Shown here: in pieces, positions 15,006 through 24,710 of the stretch
Numbering within the stretch: the first letter of the stretch is position 1
Layout of the letters: every line of letters starts with the position of its first letter
DNA from: an uncultured Gammaproteobacteria bacterium
Lineage (GTDB): Bacteria > Patescibacteriota > Microgenomatia > Daviesbacterales > UBA10151
Direction: 5' to 3'
Assembly (NCBI GenBank): GCA_964360965.1
Contig: CAYHYM010000005.1
Span: 17,468 to 49,467 of the forward strand
Length of the DNA stretch: 32,000 nucleotides
The notes under the pieces: generated by a model
Databases searched by the model: none
What the model saw: the letters and a program-made list of their open reading frames with translations, nothing else
What the model was told of the DNA's origin: nothing
Position numbers and translations under genes: made by a program

Positions 15006-16121
15006 ATGGCGTATCATACTTTTATGAAAGTTTTAGTTACAGGCACACATTTTACACCGGCAGTTGCTGTGATTGAGCAGTTTGGCAAATACCATGAGGT
15101 GGAGTTAATTTATGTTGGTAGAAAAACTGTCATGGAAGGTGAAAATATTACCTCCTTAGAATCAAAAATTTTACCCAAGATGAGGGTTAAGTTTATTGCC
15201 CTGATAACAGGTAGACTGCAGAGAGCTTTTACCATATACTCCATCCCCTCTCTTTTTAAAATCCCCTTAGGGCTGATACAGTCATTTTTTATTATTTTGA
15301 CGGAGAAACCTGATGTTGTTTTGTCTTTTGGAGGTTATGTGGCAGTGCCGGTTGTTATAATAGCTTGGCTCTTTTCAATTCCTATTATTATTCATGAGCA
15401 AACTTTAGTGGCAGGATTGGCCAATAGCATAAGCTCATTTTTTGCAGATAAGATCGCCATATCGTTTGCCGGAGTACATTTTAATAATAAGCCAACAGTT
15501 TTAACTGGCAATCCACTAAGAAATGAAATTTTAAAGGTAAATAACAAAACACTCCACAAAGAAAAATTACCGCTGATTTTAGTTACTGGCGGAAATCAAG
15601 GTTCACATATCATAAATGTGGCGGTAGAGAGTTGTCTTAAAGAGCTGCTTAAGATAGCCTGTGTAATTCATCAGACAGGTGATTCACGGTATAAAGATTT
15701 TGAAAGGCTTACGTATCTTCAAAATGACAGGTATATAGTTAAAAAATTTATTGATGATATGGGTAAAGTTTTATCAATGGTTGATGTGGTAATTTCCCGG
15801 TCAGGGATAAATATTTTAACAGAACTGGCTTACTTTGGCAAACCAGCCTTAGTTATCCCAATTCCATATCTTTTTGCTGATGAGCAAAACAAAAATGCCC
15901 AGTTTTTTAAAAAATTAGGTTTGGTAAAAATTCTGCCTCAATCGCAACTTTCTGCTAAAATTTTATTGGCAAATGTAAAGTTGATATTAAATGATTTGAA
16001 TCATTTTAAAAAAGAAGCTAAATGTGCCAAGGCTGTAGTTATTCCCGATGCTGCCAAAAGATTGGCGTTGGAGACTATACTTTTGGCCGGGCAAAAATTT
16101 AAACAATGCGCAAAAGAATAA
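15006..16121 (+). CDS. murG: UDP-GlcNAc:lipid I N-acetylglucosaminyltransferase MurG
   Basis: GT28 layout with LVTGGNQGSHIIN and VISRSGINILTELAYFGKPALVIP. An AGGAGA RBS lies 5 nt upstream. The N-terminal glycine loop reads VTGTHFTPAVAV instead of the usual GGTGGH-x-x-P. Confidence 0.85.
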   Translation: MAYHTFMKVLVTGTHFTPAVAVIEQFGKYHEVELIYVGRKTVMEGENITSLESKILPKMRVKFIALITGRLQRAFTIYSIPSLFKIPLGLIQSFFIILTEKPDVVLSFGGYVAVPVVIIAWLFSIPIIIHEQTLVAGLANSISSFFADKIAISFAGVHFNNKPTVLTGNPLRNEILKVNNKTLHKEKLPLILVTGGNQGSHIINVAVESCLKELLKIACVIHQTGDSRYKDFERLTYLQNDRYIVKKFIDDMGKVLSMVDVVISRSGINILTELAYFGKPALVIPIPYLFADEQNKNAQFFKKLGLVKILPQSQLSAKILLANVKLILNDLNHFKKEAKCAKAVVIPDAAKRLALETILLAGQKFKQCAKE

Positions 16122-16945
16122 GGAAAGACAATGAAATTTTTATACCGGGAGAGAAAAGAAACATTATTATTAATTTTGGGCTAATTTCCCTGAGCGGATT
16201 TTTTATACTGCTTATTATTTCAGCATATCTTTTTATTCGATCTGATTTTTTTGTTATTAGGAATTTAATTATTAAACTTGATAAGATTGAATGTGCCAGT
16301 GAAAGTAGTATCAAAGAAGTAGCCGGAATTTTAGGACAGAATTTTTTCTTTTTAAATTCTTTGGAAATTAAAAAAAAATTTGATCAAAAATTTATTTGCA
16401 TTAAAAATATAAATTTTATAAAACACTTCCCTGATGCTATAGAACTTCAAATATCCGGAAGAATTCCTATTGCTCTGCTCATAAATACCATAGAAGCCAC
16501 CAATTCCTACACACTTGAAGATTTTATATCCACCTCATCTTCCAGTTTAACTGTAGGAGTCTCAAGCAATCTTGCATCTTTAGTGGTAGATGAAGAAGGG
16601 GTAATTTTTTCTGATGATACGGGGAAAAATCTGCCAAGAATTTTTTTTGAAGGTGAGAAACTGGAAAAGGGGAAAAAATTATCCGGGGGAGGAGTAAAAA
16701 AATCAATCCAAATTTTAAATAAAATGACCCAATTAGGCACGGAAGTAAATGATGCCAAGATTTACTCACAAGGGCTACTTTTGATAAGCGGGAAGCCTAA
16801 AATTGTTTTTAGCCTTGATGGATCAATTGATGTTCAACTTGCTTCTTTACAACTTATACTTGATAAGGCTAAAATAGAAAATGAAATTGTTGAATTTTTG
16901 GATTTAAGATTTGACAAACCAATTGTAAAATATGGCAAAAGATAA
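16106..16945 (+). CDS. ftsQ: Cell division protein FtsQ/DivIB-like (bitopic, POTRA domain)
   Basis: A basic N-terminus and TM helix are followed by a POTRA-like block (IIKLDKIECASESSIKEVAGILGQNFFFLNSLEIKKKF...IELQISGRIPIA). It lies between murG and ftsA. Confidence 0.65.
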   Translation: MRKRIRKDNEIFIPGEKRNIIINFGLISLSGFFILLIISAYLFIRSDFFVIRNLIIKLDKIECASESSIKEVAGILGQNFFFLNSLEIKKKFDQKFICIKNINFIKHFPDAIELQISGRIPIALLINTIEATNSYTLEDFISTSSSSLTVGVSSNLASLVVDEEGVIFSDDTGKNLPRIFFEGEKLEKGKKLSGGGVKKSIQILNKMTQLGTEVNDAKIYSQGLLLISGKPKIVFSLDGSIDVQLASLQLILDKAKIENEIVEFLDLRFDKPIVKYGKR

Positions 16946-18209
16946 AGTAATTTGTGGAATTGATGTTGGGTCATCAAAAGTTGCTACTTTAATTGCATCT
17001 GTTTCAGAAGATAAGAGGATTAACTTGATTGGTGTGTCCTCCACTCCCTCAAAAGGGGTTAGAAAAAATCAGGTGGTGGATATTGAAGGGTCTGTTGGTA
17101 GCATTACTGAGTCTGTAGAGGCAGCTGAGCGAATGGCAGGATATTCTATTTCATCTGCTTTCGTGTCTTTGGGCGGTCCACAGATAGAAAGCATTAATCA
17201 ACACGCCGTGGTGGCAGTTTCTCAGCCGGAAGGAGAAATTAGAGGATCTGATGTCACCAGAGTAAATGAAGCGGCCAAAGCAGTGCCACTGCCTCAATCC
17301 AGAGAAATCCTGCATGTTATATCCCGTACATTTACGGTTGACGGGCAGGAGGGTATTAAAGATCCGATTGGTATGACCGGGGTCAGGCTGGAAACAGAAA
17401 CACACATTATTACAGGTTCTGCCACTTCAATGAGGAATTTGGTTAAGTGTGTTCAAGAGGTTGGTATTGATGTTTCAGAGTTGGTTTTTTCAGGTATTGC
17501 AGCGTCTCTGGGGGTTTTAACAGATACAGAAAAGGAATTGGGAGTAGTTCTTGTTGATATTGGAGGGGAAACAACAGATGTGGTTATTTTTGTGGATGGA
17601 TCTGTTGCTTATTCCTCTGTTATTCCAATAGGAGCCAGGCACCTTACTTCTGACTTGGCAGTTGGGTTACGGGTATCTTTAGAATCTGCTGAAAAAATTA
17701 AATTATCTTTGGGCAAAATACCAAAAACTCCTCAGATGGTGGAAGGAAATAAGGAAGATAAGAAAAAGGAAGAAACTTTGGATATTAAATCACTGGGGAT
17801 CATGGAGGATATTCAAAAAATTTCCAAGAAAGCAGTGGTGGATGGTATTATGCGTCCAAGGCTGCAGGAGATATTTAAATATGTGGCAAGAGAAATCAAA
17901 AAGAGCGGGTATGGAACACAAATACCCTCCGGCCTTGTTATTTGTGGAGGAGGAGCCTTGACTGTTGGTATTTTGGATCAGGCCAAATATGTGGTGGGGT
18001 TTCCTGCCAGGGTAGGCAAAATTGAGGGATTATCCGGTTTGATTGATGAAATTGATTCTCCCCAGTTTTGTGCTGCTGCAGGACTTATTCTTTATGGGGT
18101 AAACGTTCAAGATAAAGGTGAGATACATTTGCCCGTACTATCTGCCAGTATACCTATTAGAGGGATGGTGCAAAAGGGTATTGAGCTGATAAAGTCTTTT
18201 TTGCCTTAA
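16932..18209 (+). CDS. ftsA: Cell division protein FtsA
   Basis: Actin-fold motifs GIDVGSSKV, VLVDIGGETTDVVIF and LVICGGGA. Length 425 aa. It is immediately upstream of ftsZ. Confidence 0.95.
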   Translation: MAKDKVICGIDVGSSKVATLIASVSEDKRINLIGVSSTPSKGVRKNQVVDIEGSVGSITESVEAAERMAGYSISSAFVSLGGPQIESINQHAVVAVSQPEGEIRGSDVTRVNEAAKAVPLPQSREILHVISRTFTVDGQEGIKDPIGMTGVRLETETHIITGSATSMRNLVKCVQEVGIDVSELVFSGIAASLGVLTDTEKELGVVLVDIGGETTDVVIFVDGSVAYSSVIPIGARHLTSDLAVGLRVSLESAEKIKLSLGKIPKTPQMVEGNKEDKKKEETLDIKSLGIMEDIQKISKKAVVDGIMRPRLQEIFKYVAREIKKSGYGTQIPSGLVICGGGALTVGILDQAKYVVGFPARVGKIEGLSGLIDEIDSPQFCAAAGLILYGVNVQDKGEIHLPVLSASIPIRGMVQKGIELIKSFLP

Positions 18210-18218
18210 GTTGAGGGG

Positions 18219-18247
18219 TTGTCATGATAAAAATAATTTGTTAATAT
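18219..18247 (+). promoter_or_regulatory. Candidate sigma70-type promoter in front of ftsZ
   Basis: TTGTCA (18219-18224), a 17-nt spacer, then TAATAT (18242-18247). The -10 is preceded by TGT, giving an extended -10 of TGTTAATAT. The implied leader before the ATG at 18261 is very short. Confidence 0.4.
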
Positions 18248-18260
18248 ACTGCCAAGAGAA

Positions 18261-19391
18261 ATGTTAATCAAACCAGACGTACAGAGATTTGCCAAAATTA
18301 AAGTGATGGGGCTTGGCGGCGGCGGTTCTAATGCCTTAAATTCAATGATAGCTCTGCAGCAAATCCAAGGTGTTGAATTTATAGCTGTTAATACCGATGC
18401 TCAAGCTTTAATGACCAACTCCTCTCCCACCAAAGTACAAATCGGTGAAACCATAACTCGTGGTTTAGGAGCAGGGGGTGATCCTGAGATTGGCAGAGAG
18501 GCTGCGGAAGAATCCACTCAAAAACTGCAGGATGTTTTAGAAGGCGCGGATATGGTTTTTTTAACAGCGGGGATGGGTGGCGGTACCGGCAGCGGATGTA
18601 TACCTGTTGTTGCCCAAATTGCCAAAAGCCTGCAAGCTTTAACTGTGGCGGTGGTGACCAAACCTTTTGCTTTTGAAGGCACCAGAAGAATGATGGTGGC
18701 AGAGGAAGCGGTGGAGAAGTTGAAAGATAAAGTTGACGCTTTGATAGTAATTCCCAATCAAAGGTTACTGGAGGTTATTGAAAAAAATATGACTCTTCAT
18801 GAGGCTTTTAAGTTAGCTGATGCTGTTTTGGGTCAGGGAGTGCAGGGAATTTCCGATCTGATTACTGTACCCGGTCTTATCAATGTTGATTTTGCAGATG
18901 TCAGAGCTATCATGTCTTCTGCCGGGTCTGCTTTAATGGGCATTGGAGTGGCAGGGGGAGAAAATAGAGCTTCAGCTGCAGCCCGTATGGCTATTGCTTC
19001 ACCACTTTTGGAGGTATCAATTGAAGGAGCCAAAGGTGTGCTTTTCAATATAGTTGGCGGTTCGGACCTATCCATGTCAGAGGTAAATGAGGCAGCTCAA
19101 ATTATTGCTCAAGCTGCAGACCCTGATTGTAATATAATTTTTGGCGCATCAATCAAAGAAGATCAACTTGACCAGGTGAAAATTTCTGTGATTGCTACAG
19201 GTTTTGATGAGACTAGAAGAAGACTTCGGGAATATGTTGGAGTAGCATCATCACCTTTAATTCCCTCAATTGATGAGACAGATGAAGATAAAGGAGAACC
19301 TTTGGGTGTTGAGGATTCCGAAGAAGATAAAATAAAAGAAGATGATGATTTGGACATCCCCACTTTCTTGAGAAATATCGGCAAAAGCTAG
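18261..19391 (+). CDS. ftsZ: Cell division GTPase FtsZ
   Basis: Motifs GLGGGGSNA, the tubulin signature GGGTGSG, NTDAQAL and the C-terminal peptide DDDLDIPTFLRN. Confidence 0.98.
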   Translation: MLIKPDVQRFAKIKVMGLGGGGSNALNSMIALQQIQGVEFIAVNTDAQALMTNSSPTKVQIGETITRGLGAGGDPEIGREAAEESTQKLQDVLEGADMVFLTAGMGGGTGSGCIPVVAQIAKSLQALTVAVVTKPFAFEGTRRMMVAEEAVEKLKDKVDALIVIPNQRLLEVIEKNMTLHEAFKLADAVLGQGVQGISDLITVPGLINVDFADVRAIMSSAGSALMGIGVAGGENRASAAARMAIASPLLEVSIEGAKGVLFNIVGGSDLSMSEVNEAAQIIAQAADPDCNIIFGASIKEDQLDQVKISVIATGFDETRRRLREYVGVASSPLIPSIDETDEDKGEPLGVEDSEEDKIKEDDDLDIPTFLRNIGKS

Positions 19392-19423
19392 TACCATCCC
19401 ATTTTTTCTGTTAGAATTAGCTC

Positions 19424-22249
19424 ATGGCTAAATTCAAACCTGTTTCATCTCAAGTTGATTTTGCCAAGCTTGAAGAGGACTTAATAAAATTCTGGAAAGA
19501 AAATAAGATTTTTGAAAAATCTATTGAAAGTAGACCAGAAGATCAAAAATGGACATTTTTGGATGGTCCGCCATTTGTAACCGGCACTCCTCACTATGGA
19601 TCTTTGCTATCCAGTATTCCCAAAGATGTTTTTGGCAGATACTGGACCATGAAAGGCTATAGAGTCAGGAGAGTTTGGGGATGGGATGGTCATGGTTTAC
19701 CGATTGAAAATAAGGTCGAAGTAAAACTTAAGATCAAAAGAAAAAAAGATATTGAAGAAAAAGTTGGAGTAAAAAAGTTTATTGAAGAATGCTTAGGCTA
19801 TGTTAATCAAACTTCATCTGAATGGGAATGGTATATAGATCACATTGGACGCTGGGTAGATTTTAAAAACGCTTACAAAACTTGGGATTTACCTTATATG
19901 GAATCTGTAATGTGGGTTTTTAAGCAGATGTATGAGAAGGATTTAATTTATAAAGGGTTAAGAGTTTCTTTATATTGTCCTCATTGTGCTACCCCGATTT
20001 CTAATTTTGAGGTGGCCATGGATGCTGATAATTATAAAGATGTGACTGAACCCACTGCTGTTTATAAATATCAGATAAAGGATGAAAAAAATACCTATAT
20101 CTTAGCCTGGTCGACAACTCCTTGGAATAAAATTGTCACTCCAGCTTTAGCTGTTAATCCAAAATTGACTTATGTCAAAGTTAAGCAAGGGGATGAAAGC
20201 TATATTCTGGCAAAATCCACCATAAAAATGCTTAAAGGTGATCACACAAAGATAAAAGAATTTAAAGGTCAAGAATTAATCGGAAGAGAATTTATTCCAC
20301 ATTATACTTTTTACAAGATTGAAAGAGACAAAAAAGCATTTTTAATTGTGGGGGATGAGTTTGTAACTGCAGATGAAGGTACAGGTGTAGTGACTTTAGC
20401 AGTCTATGGAGAAGAGGATTTAGCCGTTATGCAAAGAGAAAATATTCAGATGGTTTTCCATGTTGATGAAGAAGGAATCATAAATGAGGATGTGCCTTTA
20501 TTTGGCGGCAGTTATTATTTACAAGCAAATGATAAAGTTTTGGAGGATTTATCAAAAAGAGGTCTTATCTATAGAGTAGATGATTATACCCATAATGTGG
20601 CTCACTGCTGGAGGTGTGGTACCAGACTTTTTTATGCCCCAAAAGATGCCTGGTTTGTCAATGTCCAGAAAATAAAATCGCAATTATTTAAAAATAATGA
20701 ACCTATCAATTGGTTTCCTAAACATTTTAAGTATGGCAGATTTGCCAAAAGTATGGAAGCGGCGCCGGATTGGAATATCTCTAGAAACAGATATTGGGGT
20801 TCACCAATTCCTGTTTGGGAAAGTGAGTGCGGAAATAGGATTGTGCCAGGATCCATTAAAGAGCTGGAAGAATTATCAGGCAGAAAAATTACCAATCTGC
20901 ATAAGCCGGAAATAGATGAAGTTGAAATAAAGTGTCCCTCTTGTGGTAAGATGGCCAGAAGAGTGCCGGAGGTTTTGGATACTTGGATAGAAGCAGGTTC
21001 TGCTTCTTTTGCTGAAAGGCATTTCCCTTTTGAAAAAAATGTTAACTTGGAAGATTTTTTCCCTCCTGATTTTGTAGCGGAATATACCGGACAAATCAGA
21101 GCCTGGTTTTATGTGCTTCATGTCATCGGGACAGCTTTGTATGATTCCCCCGCTTTTAAAAATGTGTTGGTAGAAGGAGTAATGCTGGGGACAGATGGTA
21201 GAAAAATGAGCAAAAATTATGAAAATTTTCCGGACCCTAAAGAAGTCATGATGAAATTTGGCGGTGATGCATTAAGAATTTATCTTTTAGGCTCACCGAT
21301 TATGAAAGGGGAGGATGTTAATTTTTCAAATGAAGGTGTGCCGGAGGCAGTACGTGGCTTTCTATTAATTTTATGGAACTCATATAAATATTTTGTTGAT
21401 TACGCCAACACCTTTAATTTTGATTGCAATTCAAAAGAAAGTAGAGAAGTTTTAGAAAATTTAAATATTTTGGATAAATGGATTTTATCGCGCTTAACAG
21501 AGCTGACTCTGGAGTTGAAAAAGAGTTATGAGAATTATGATACCTCCACAATTGTGAAGCTGTTAAAAGAGTTTGCAGTTAATGATTTATCTACCTGGTA
21601 CATCAGAAGATCCAGAGACAGGATCAGCAGTAATGATAATGTTTCTGATAGAAATACTGCTTTGAGTGTGCTTTATGGAGTTTTGGTGGCATATTCGCGC
21701 CTCTTAGCGCCGATTGCACCATTTATTTCCGAAGGGATTTACCAAAATCTGACATCTGATCAATCAGTACATCTGACCTCTTTTTCAACAGGCGATAAAA
21801 CTTTATTAGACGGGCAGCTTACTTTTGATATGACTAAAGTCAGAAAAATTGTAGAGGTAGGACATGCTAAAAGAAAAGAGGTTAATATTAGGCTTCGTCA
21901 GCCACTTGCTTCTCTAACTTACTTAACTGGAGAGAGATTGGATAAACAATTAGAACAAATTTTGGCAGAGGAATTGAATGTAAAGAGTGTTGAGTACAAA
22001 AAGTCATCATCAACTGATGTGAAGGTAGAATTGAATACTAATCTTACTCAAGAGCTGAAAGAAGAGGGGGGGTCGAGGGATTTGATAAGAGAAATACAGA
22101 AGTTAAGGAAAGACCAAAATCTTACTTTAACCGATAAAACTGAAATTACTGCTCCCAATTGGCCAAAAGATTTCGAAAAACAAATTTTATCTGCCACAGC
22201 CTCTATTTCCATAAAAAAAGGGAAAAAGATCAAAGTTTTAAAAGTATAA
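19424..22249 (+). CDS. ileS: Isoleucine--tRNA ligase, type 2 (eukaryote-like) form
   Basis: Motifs GPPFVTGTPHYGS, GWDGHGLPIE, WNISRNRYWGSPIPVW and GRKMSKNYENFPDP, which resembles the KMSKRLKNYPDP of type-2 IleRS. Length 941 aa. Confidence 0.85.
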   Translation: MAKFKPVSSQVDFAKLEEDLIKFWKENKIFEKSIESRPEDQKWTFLDGPPFVTGTPHYGSLLSSIPKDVFGRYWTMKGYRVRRVWGWDGHGLPIENKVEVKLKIKRKKDIEEKVGVKKFIEECLGYVNQTSSEWEWYIDHIGRWVDFKNAYKTWDLPYMESVMWVFKQMYEKDLIYKGLRVSLYCPHCATPISNFEVAMDADNYKDVTEPTAVYKYQIKDEKNTYILAWSTTPWNKIVTPALAVNPKLTYVKVKQGDESYILAKSTIKMLKGDHTKIKEFKGQELIGREFIPHYTFYKIERDKKAFLIVGDEFVTADEGTGVVTLAVYGEEDLAVMQRENIQMVFHVDEEGIINEDVPLFGGSYYLQANDKVLEDLSKRGLIYRVDDYTHNVAHCWRCGTRLFYAPKDAWFVNVQKIKSQLFKNNEPINWFPKHFKYGRFAKSMEAAPDWNISRNRYWGSPIPVWESECGNRIVPGSIKELEELSGRKITNLHKPEIDEVEIKCPSCGKMARRVPEVLDTWIEAGSASFAERHFPFEKNVNLEDFFPPDFVAEYTGQIRAWFYVLHVIGTALYDSPAFKNVLVEGVMLGTDGRKMSKNYENFPDPKEVMMKFGGDALRIYLLGSPIMKGEDVNFSNEGVPEAVRGFLLILWNSYKYFVDYANTFNFDCNSKESREVLENLNILDKWILSRLTELTLELKKSYENYDTSTIVKLLKEFAVNDLSTWYIRRSRDRISSNDNVSDRNTALSVLYGVLVAYSRLLAPIAPFISEGIYQNLTSDQSVHLTSFSTGDKTLLDGQLTFDMTKVRKIVEVGHAKRKEVNIRLRQPLASLTYLTGERLDKQLEQILAEELNVKSVEYKKSSSTDVKVELNTNLTQELKEEGGSRDLIREIQKLRKDQNLTLTDKTEITAPNWPKDFEKQILSATASISIKKGKKIKVLKV

Positions 22250-23296
22250 ATGATTTTCTTTATTGTCCCGCTTTTATCTATAGGGATTTTCATAATATTT
22301 TCCTGGTCACTGGAACTTGGAGTGCAACAATCTCTCTTTGCCATTTTAGGTATCTTTTTATTTATATTTTTTTCTAAATTTGACTATAGAGCTTTAAAGG
22401 GTTTAACAACTGCCTTATATATATTAGCAATAATTTTGCTTGTTATTGTTTTGATTTTGGGAGTTGAGACCAGGGGATCTGTGCGATGGATTAGTTTGGG
22501 AATATTTAATATCCAACCGTCAGAACTGATAAAACCTGTCTTAATTCTCATTCTGGCGCGGTTTTGGTCTGCCAACTTGCCAACCTGGGGTAATGTTTTA
22601 AAAAGTATTGGTTTGGTGATTCTACCAATACTTTTGATTTTTAAACAACCGGATTTGGGAACATCAATTACTCTTTTAGCTATCTGGTTTGGGACATTGC
22701 TTGCAACGGAAGTTCATTTAAAAAAAATTATCAGTATATTTATACTTTTACTACTAATCCTGCCGCTTATCTGGAGTAGTTTGCAGGATTATCAAAAAGT
22801 AAGGGTGATAAATTTTTTATCTCCCGGAAATGAACCGCTAGGTGTAGGATATAATATAATTCAATCCAAAATAGCAGTTGGGTCGGGTCAATTTTGGGGC
22901 AAGGGGCTGGGGCAGGGAACTCAATCAAGACTTAAATTTCTGCCCGAATACAGAACCGATTTTATATTTGCCTCAATTGCCGAAGAGTTAGGATTTTTGG
23001 GTAGCGCATTGATCTTGTTAATTTATTTTTTCTTAATTTTTTACATTCTCAATATTTCCAGAGATGTGTCTGATTTATTTGGGCTTATATTTGTGTTTGG
23101 GACTATATCAATGCTTCTTTTTCAGACTATAGTTAATATTGGAATGAATATGGGTATTTTTCCTATTGCAGGTATACCCTTGCCTCTTTTATCTTATGGG
23201 GGGAGTTCTTTGGTTGCCACTCTTACATCTCTGGGGATAATTTCCTCAATTGTAAATTTTAATAAGAAAATTGACACTGAGTCCTCTTTGAGTTAA
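22250..23296 (+). CDS. rodA: Second SEDS-family protein (FtsW/RodA/SpoVE), RodA by exclusion
   Basis: Motifs RWISLGIFNIQPSELIK, PEYRTDFIFASIAEELGFLGS and PLPLLSYGGSSL. Its start directly abuts the ileS stop (TAAATG). The RodA versus FtsW assignment is positional only. Confidence 0.7.
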   Translation: MIFFIVPLLSIGIFIIFSWSLELGVQQSLFAILGIFLFIFFSKFDYRALKGLTTALYILAIILLVIVLILGVETRGSVRWISLGIFNIQPSELIKPVLILILARFWSANLPTWGNVLKSIGLVILPILLIFKQPDLGTSITLLAIWFGTLLATEVHLKKIISIFILLLLILPLIWSSLQDYQKVRVINFLSPGNEPLGVGYNIIQSKIAVGSGQFWGKGLGQGTQSRLKFLPEYRTDFIFASIAEELGFLGSALILLIYFFLIFYILNISRDVSDLFGLIFVFGTISMLLFQTIVNIGMNMGIFPIAGIPLPLLSYGGSSLVATLTSLGIISSIVNFNKKIDTESSLS

Positions 23297-23305
23297 AATT
23301 TGACC

Positions 23306-23599
23306 ATGTTTCAATATGCTGTTTGTAAGATTCTGGGTAAACTTTACAAAATTTATCCGGGAAAACCCCTGTGGATAAATTGGGATATGAGTGAAAATAA
23401 AAATATCGAAGCTGATCTTTTAATGATTTCAGATGATGGAAAATTAAAAATAGGCAGCCCTTTTTTAAAAGAAAAACTTAAATTTAACGTTTTGGAAAAT
23501 AAAGTTAAAAAGATCCGGGTTGCCAAATATCACGCCAAATCAAATTATAGAAAGGTTAAAGGCCAAAGAATAAATTTTGCCAAAATAGTCACCTTGTGA
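23306..23599 (+). CDS. rplU: 50S ribosomal protein L21
   Basis: MFQYAVCKILGKLYKIYPG... and KYHAKSNYRKVKGQR. It precedes rpmA as in most bacteria. The track start is a TTG at 23300, but the ATG at 23306 is preferred. Confidence 0.85.
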   Translation: MFQYAVCKILGKLYKIYPGKPLWINWDMSENKNIEADLLMISDDGKLKIGSPFLKEKLKFNVLENKVKKIRVAKYHAKSNYRKVKGQRINFAKIVTL

Positions 23600-23611
23600 T
23601 AGTATATCTTT

Positions 23612-23857
23612 ATGGCGCATAAAAAAGGTGGAGGTACAGTCCGAAAAAACAGGGATTCCCAAAGTAAAAGATTGGGGGTTAAAAAGTACGGTGGAGAAAA
23701 AGTAACAGCCGGTAATATTATAGTTCGCCAAAAAGGAAACAAATTTTTTCCGGGAATAGGCACTAAACAGGGAAATGATTTTACCATTTTTGCAGTTCTC
23801 TCCGGGCAAGTTGAGTTCAAAAAGAAATTTAGTAGAACCTTTGTTAATGTAACTTAA
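23612..23857 (+). CDS. rpmA: 50S ribosomal protein L27
   Basis: [48 protein letters not shown] is the canonical L27 N-terminus. Confidence 0.97.
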   Translation: MAHKKGGGTVRKNRDSQSKRLGVKKYGGEKVTAGNIIVRQKGNKFFPGIGTKQGNDFTIFAVLSGQVEFKKKFSRTFVNVT

Positions 23858-23858
23858 A

Positions 23859-24710
23859 ATGGACGAAAAAATACACGAACTGGAAACAGAGCTGCTTGAG
23901 CCAAATCCTCTTCAACCAAGGGGGCTTATTACTCCGGATTCCTTGGCAGAGCTGGCAGCATCAATGAGAGCTCATGGAATTTTGGAACCTTTGGTGGTGG
24001 CAAAAACTCCTGCAGGTTATCAGATTATTGCGGGGGAAAGACGTTGGAGGGCTGCCAAAATAATAGGACTTTTTAAGGTGCCGGTAATCATTAAAGAAAC
24101 CTCTCCCCAGGGTATGCTGGAGATGGCCATTGTGGAAAATGTGCAACGAGTTGACTTAAATCCCCTGGAGCGTGCCCAAGCTTATAAAAGATTGATGGAT
24201 GAGTTTGGGATAAGCAATGCCGATATTGCAGTTCGTGTTTCCAAAAGCCCATCCTATATTTCAAATACCATCAGACTTTTGACTTTGCCTGATGCCCTAA
24301 AAGATGCCGTAATGTCTTCTCAAACAACAGAAGGCCACGCCAGGGCCCTTTCAGGCCTGGAGGATCCCCATCTGATGATTGAGGCATACAAAGAGGTGCT
24401 AAAAAGGAATTTATCAGTCAGGGGAACTGAGGAGCTGGTTAGGCGTTTTAGGTCAAAATCAGGGATTGGGCCCAGGAAATCCGCGGGTTTGGAAACTATG
24501 AGAATTATTTCGGATGAGATAGACAAGTATGAGGGTGATTTGACAACCCTGCTTTCCAACTATATAAAAAGTAAGGTTAAATGTGTTCAAACAGGTAAAA
24601 GCGCCAGACTGGAGCTTGTTTTTGAGGGTGATCAAAATTCCACCTCAGTGATGCTAAGGGATGTTGGACAGGCCATTTCCGGTTATTTTAGACTCAAAAA
24701 CCCTGCTTAA
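23859..24710 (+). CDS. parB: ParB/Spo0J-family partition protein
   Basis: Motifs LEPNPLQPR, GILEPLVV, YQIIAGERRWRAAKIIG and an HTH region ISNADIAVRVSKSPSYISNTIRLLTLP. No parA is adjacent. Confidence 0.9.
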   Translation: MDEKIHELETELLEPNPLQPRGLITPDSLAELAASMRAHGILEPLVVAKTPAGYQIIAGERRWRAAKIIGLFKVPVIIKETSPQGMLEMAIVENVQRVDLNPLERAQAYKRLMDEFGISNADIAVRVSKSPSYISNTIRLLTLPDALKDAVMSSQTTEGHARALSGLEDPHLMIEAYKEVLKRNLSVRGTEELVRRFRSKSGIGPRKSAGLETMRIISDEIDKYEGDLTTLLSNYIKSKVKCVQTGKSARLELVFEGDQNSTSVMLRDVGQAISGYFRLKNPA

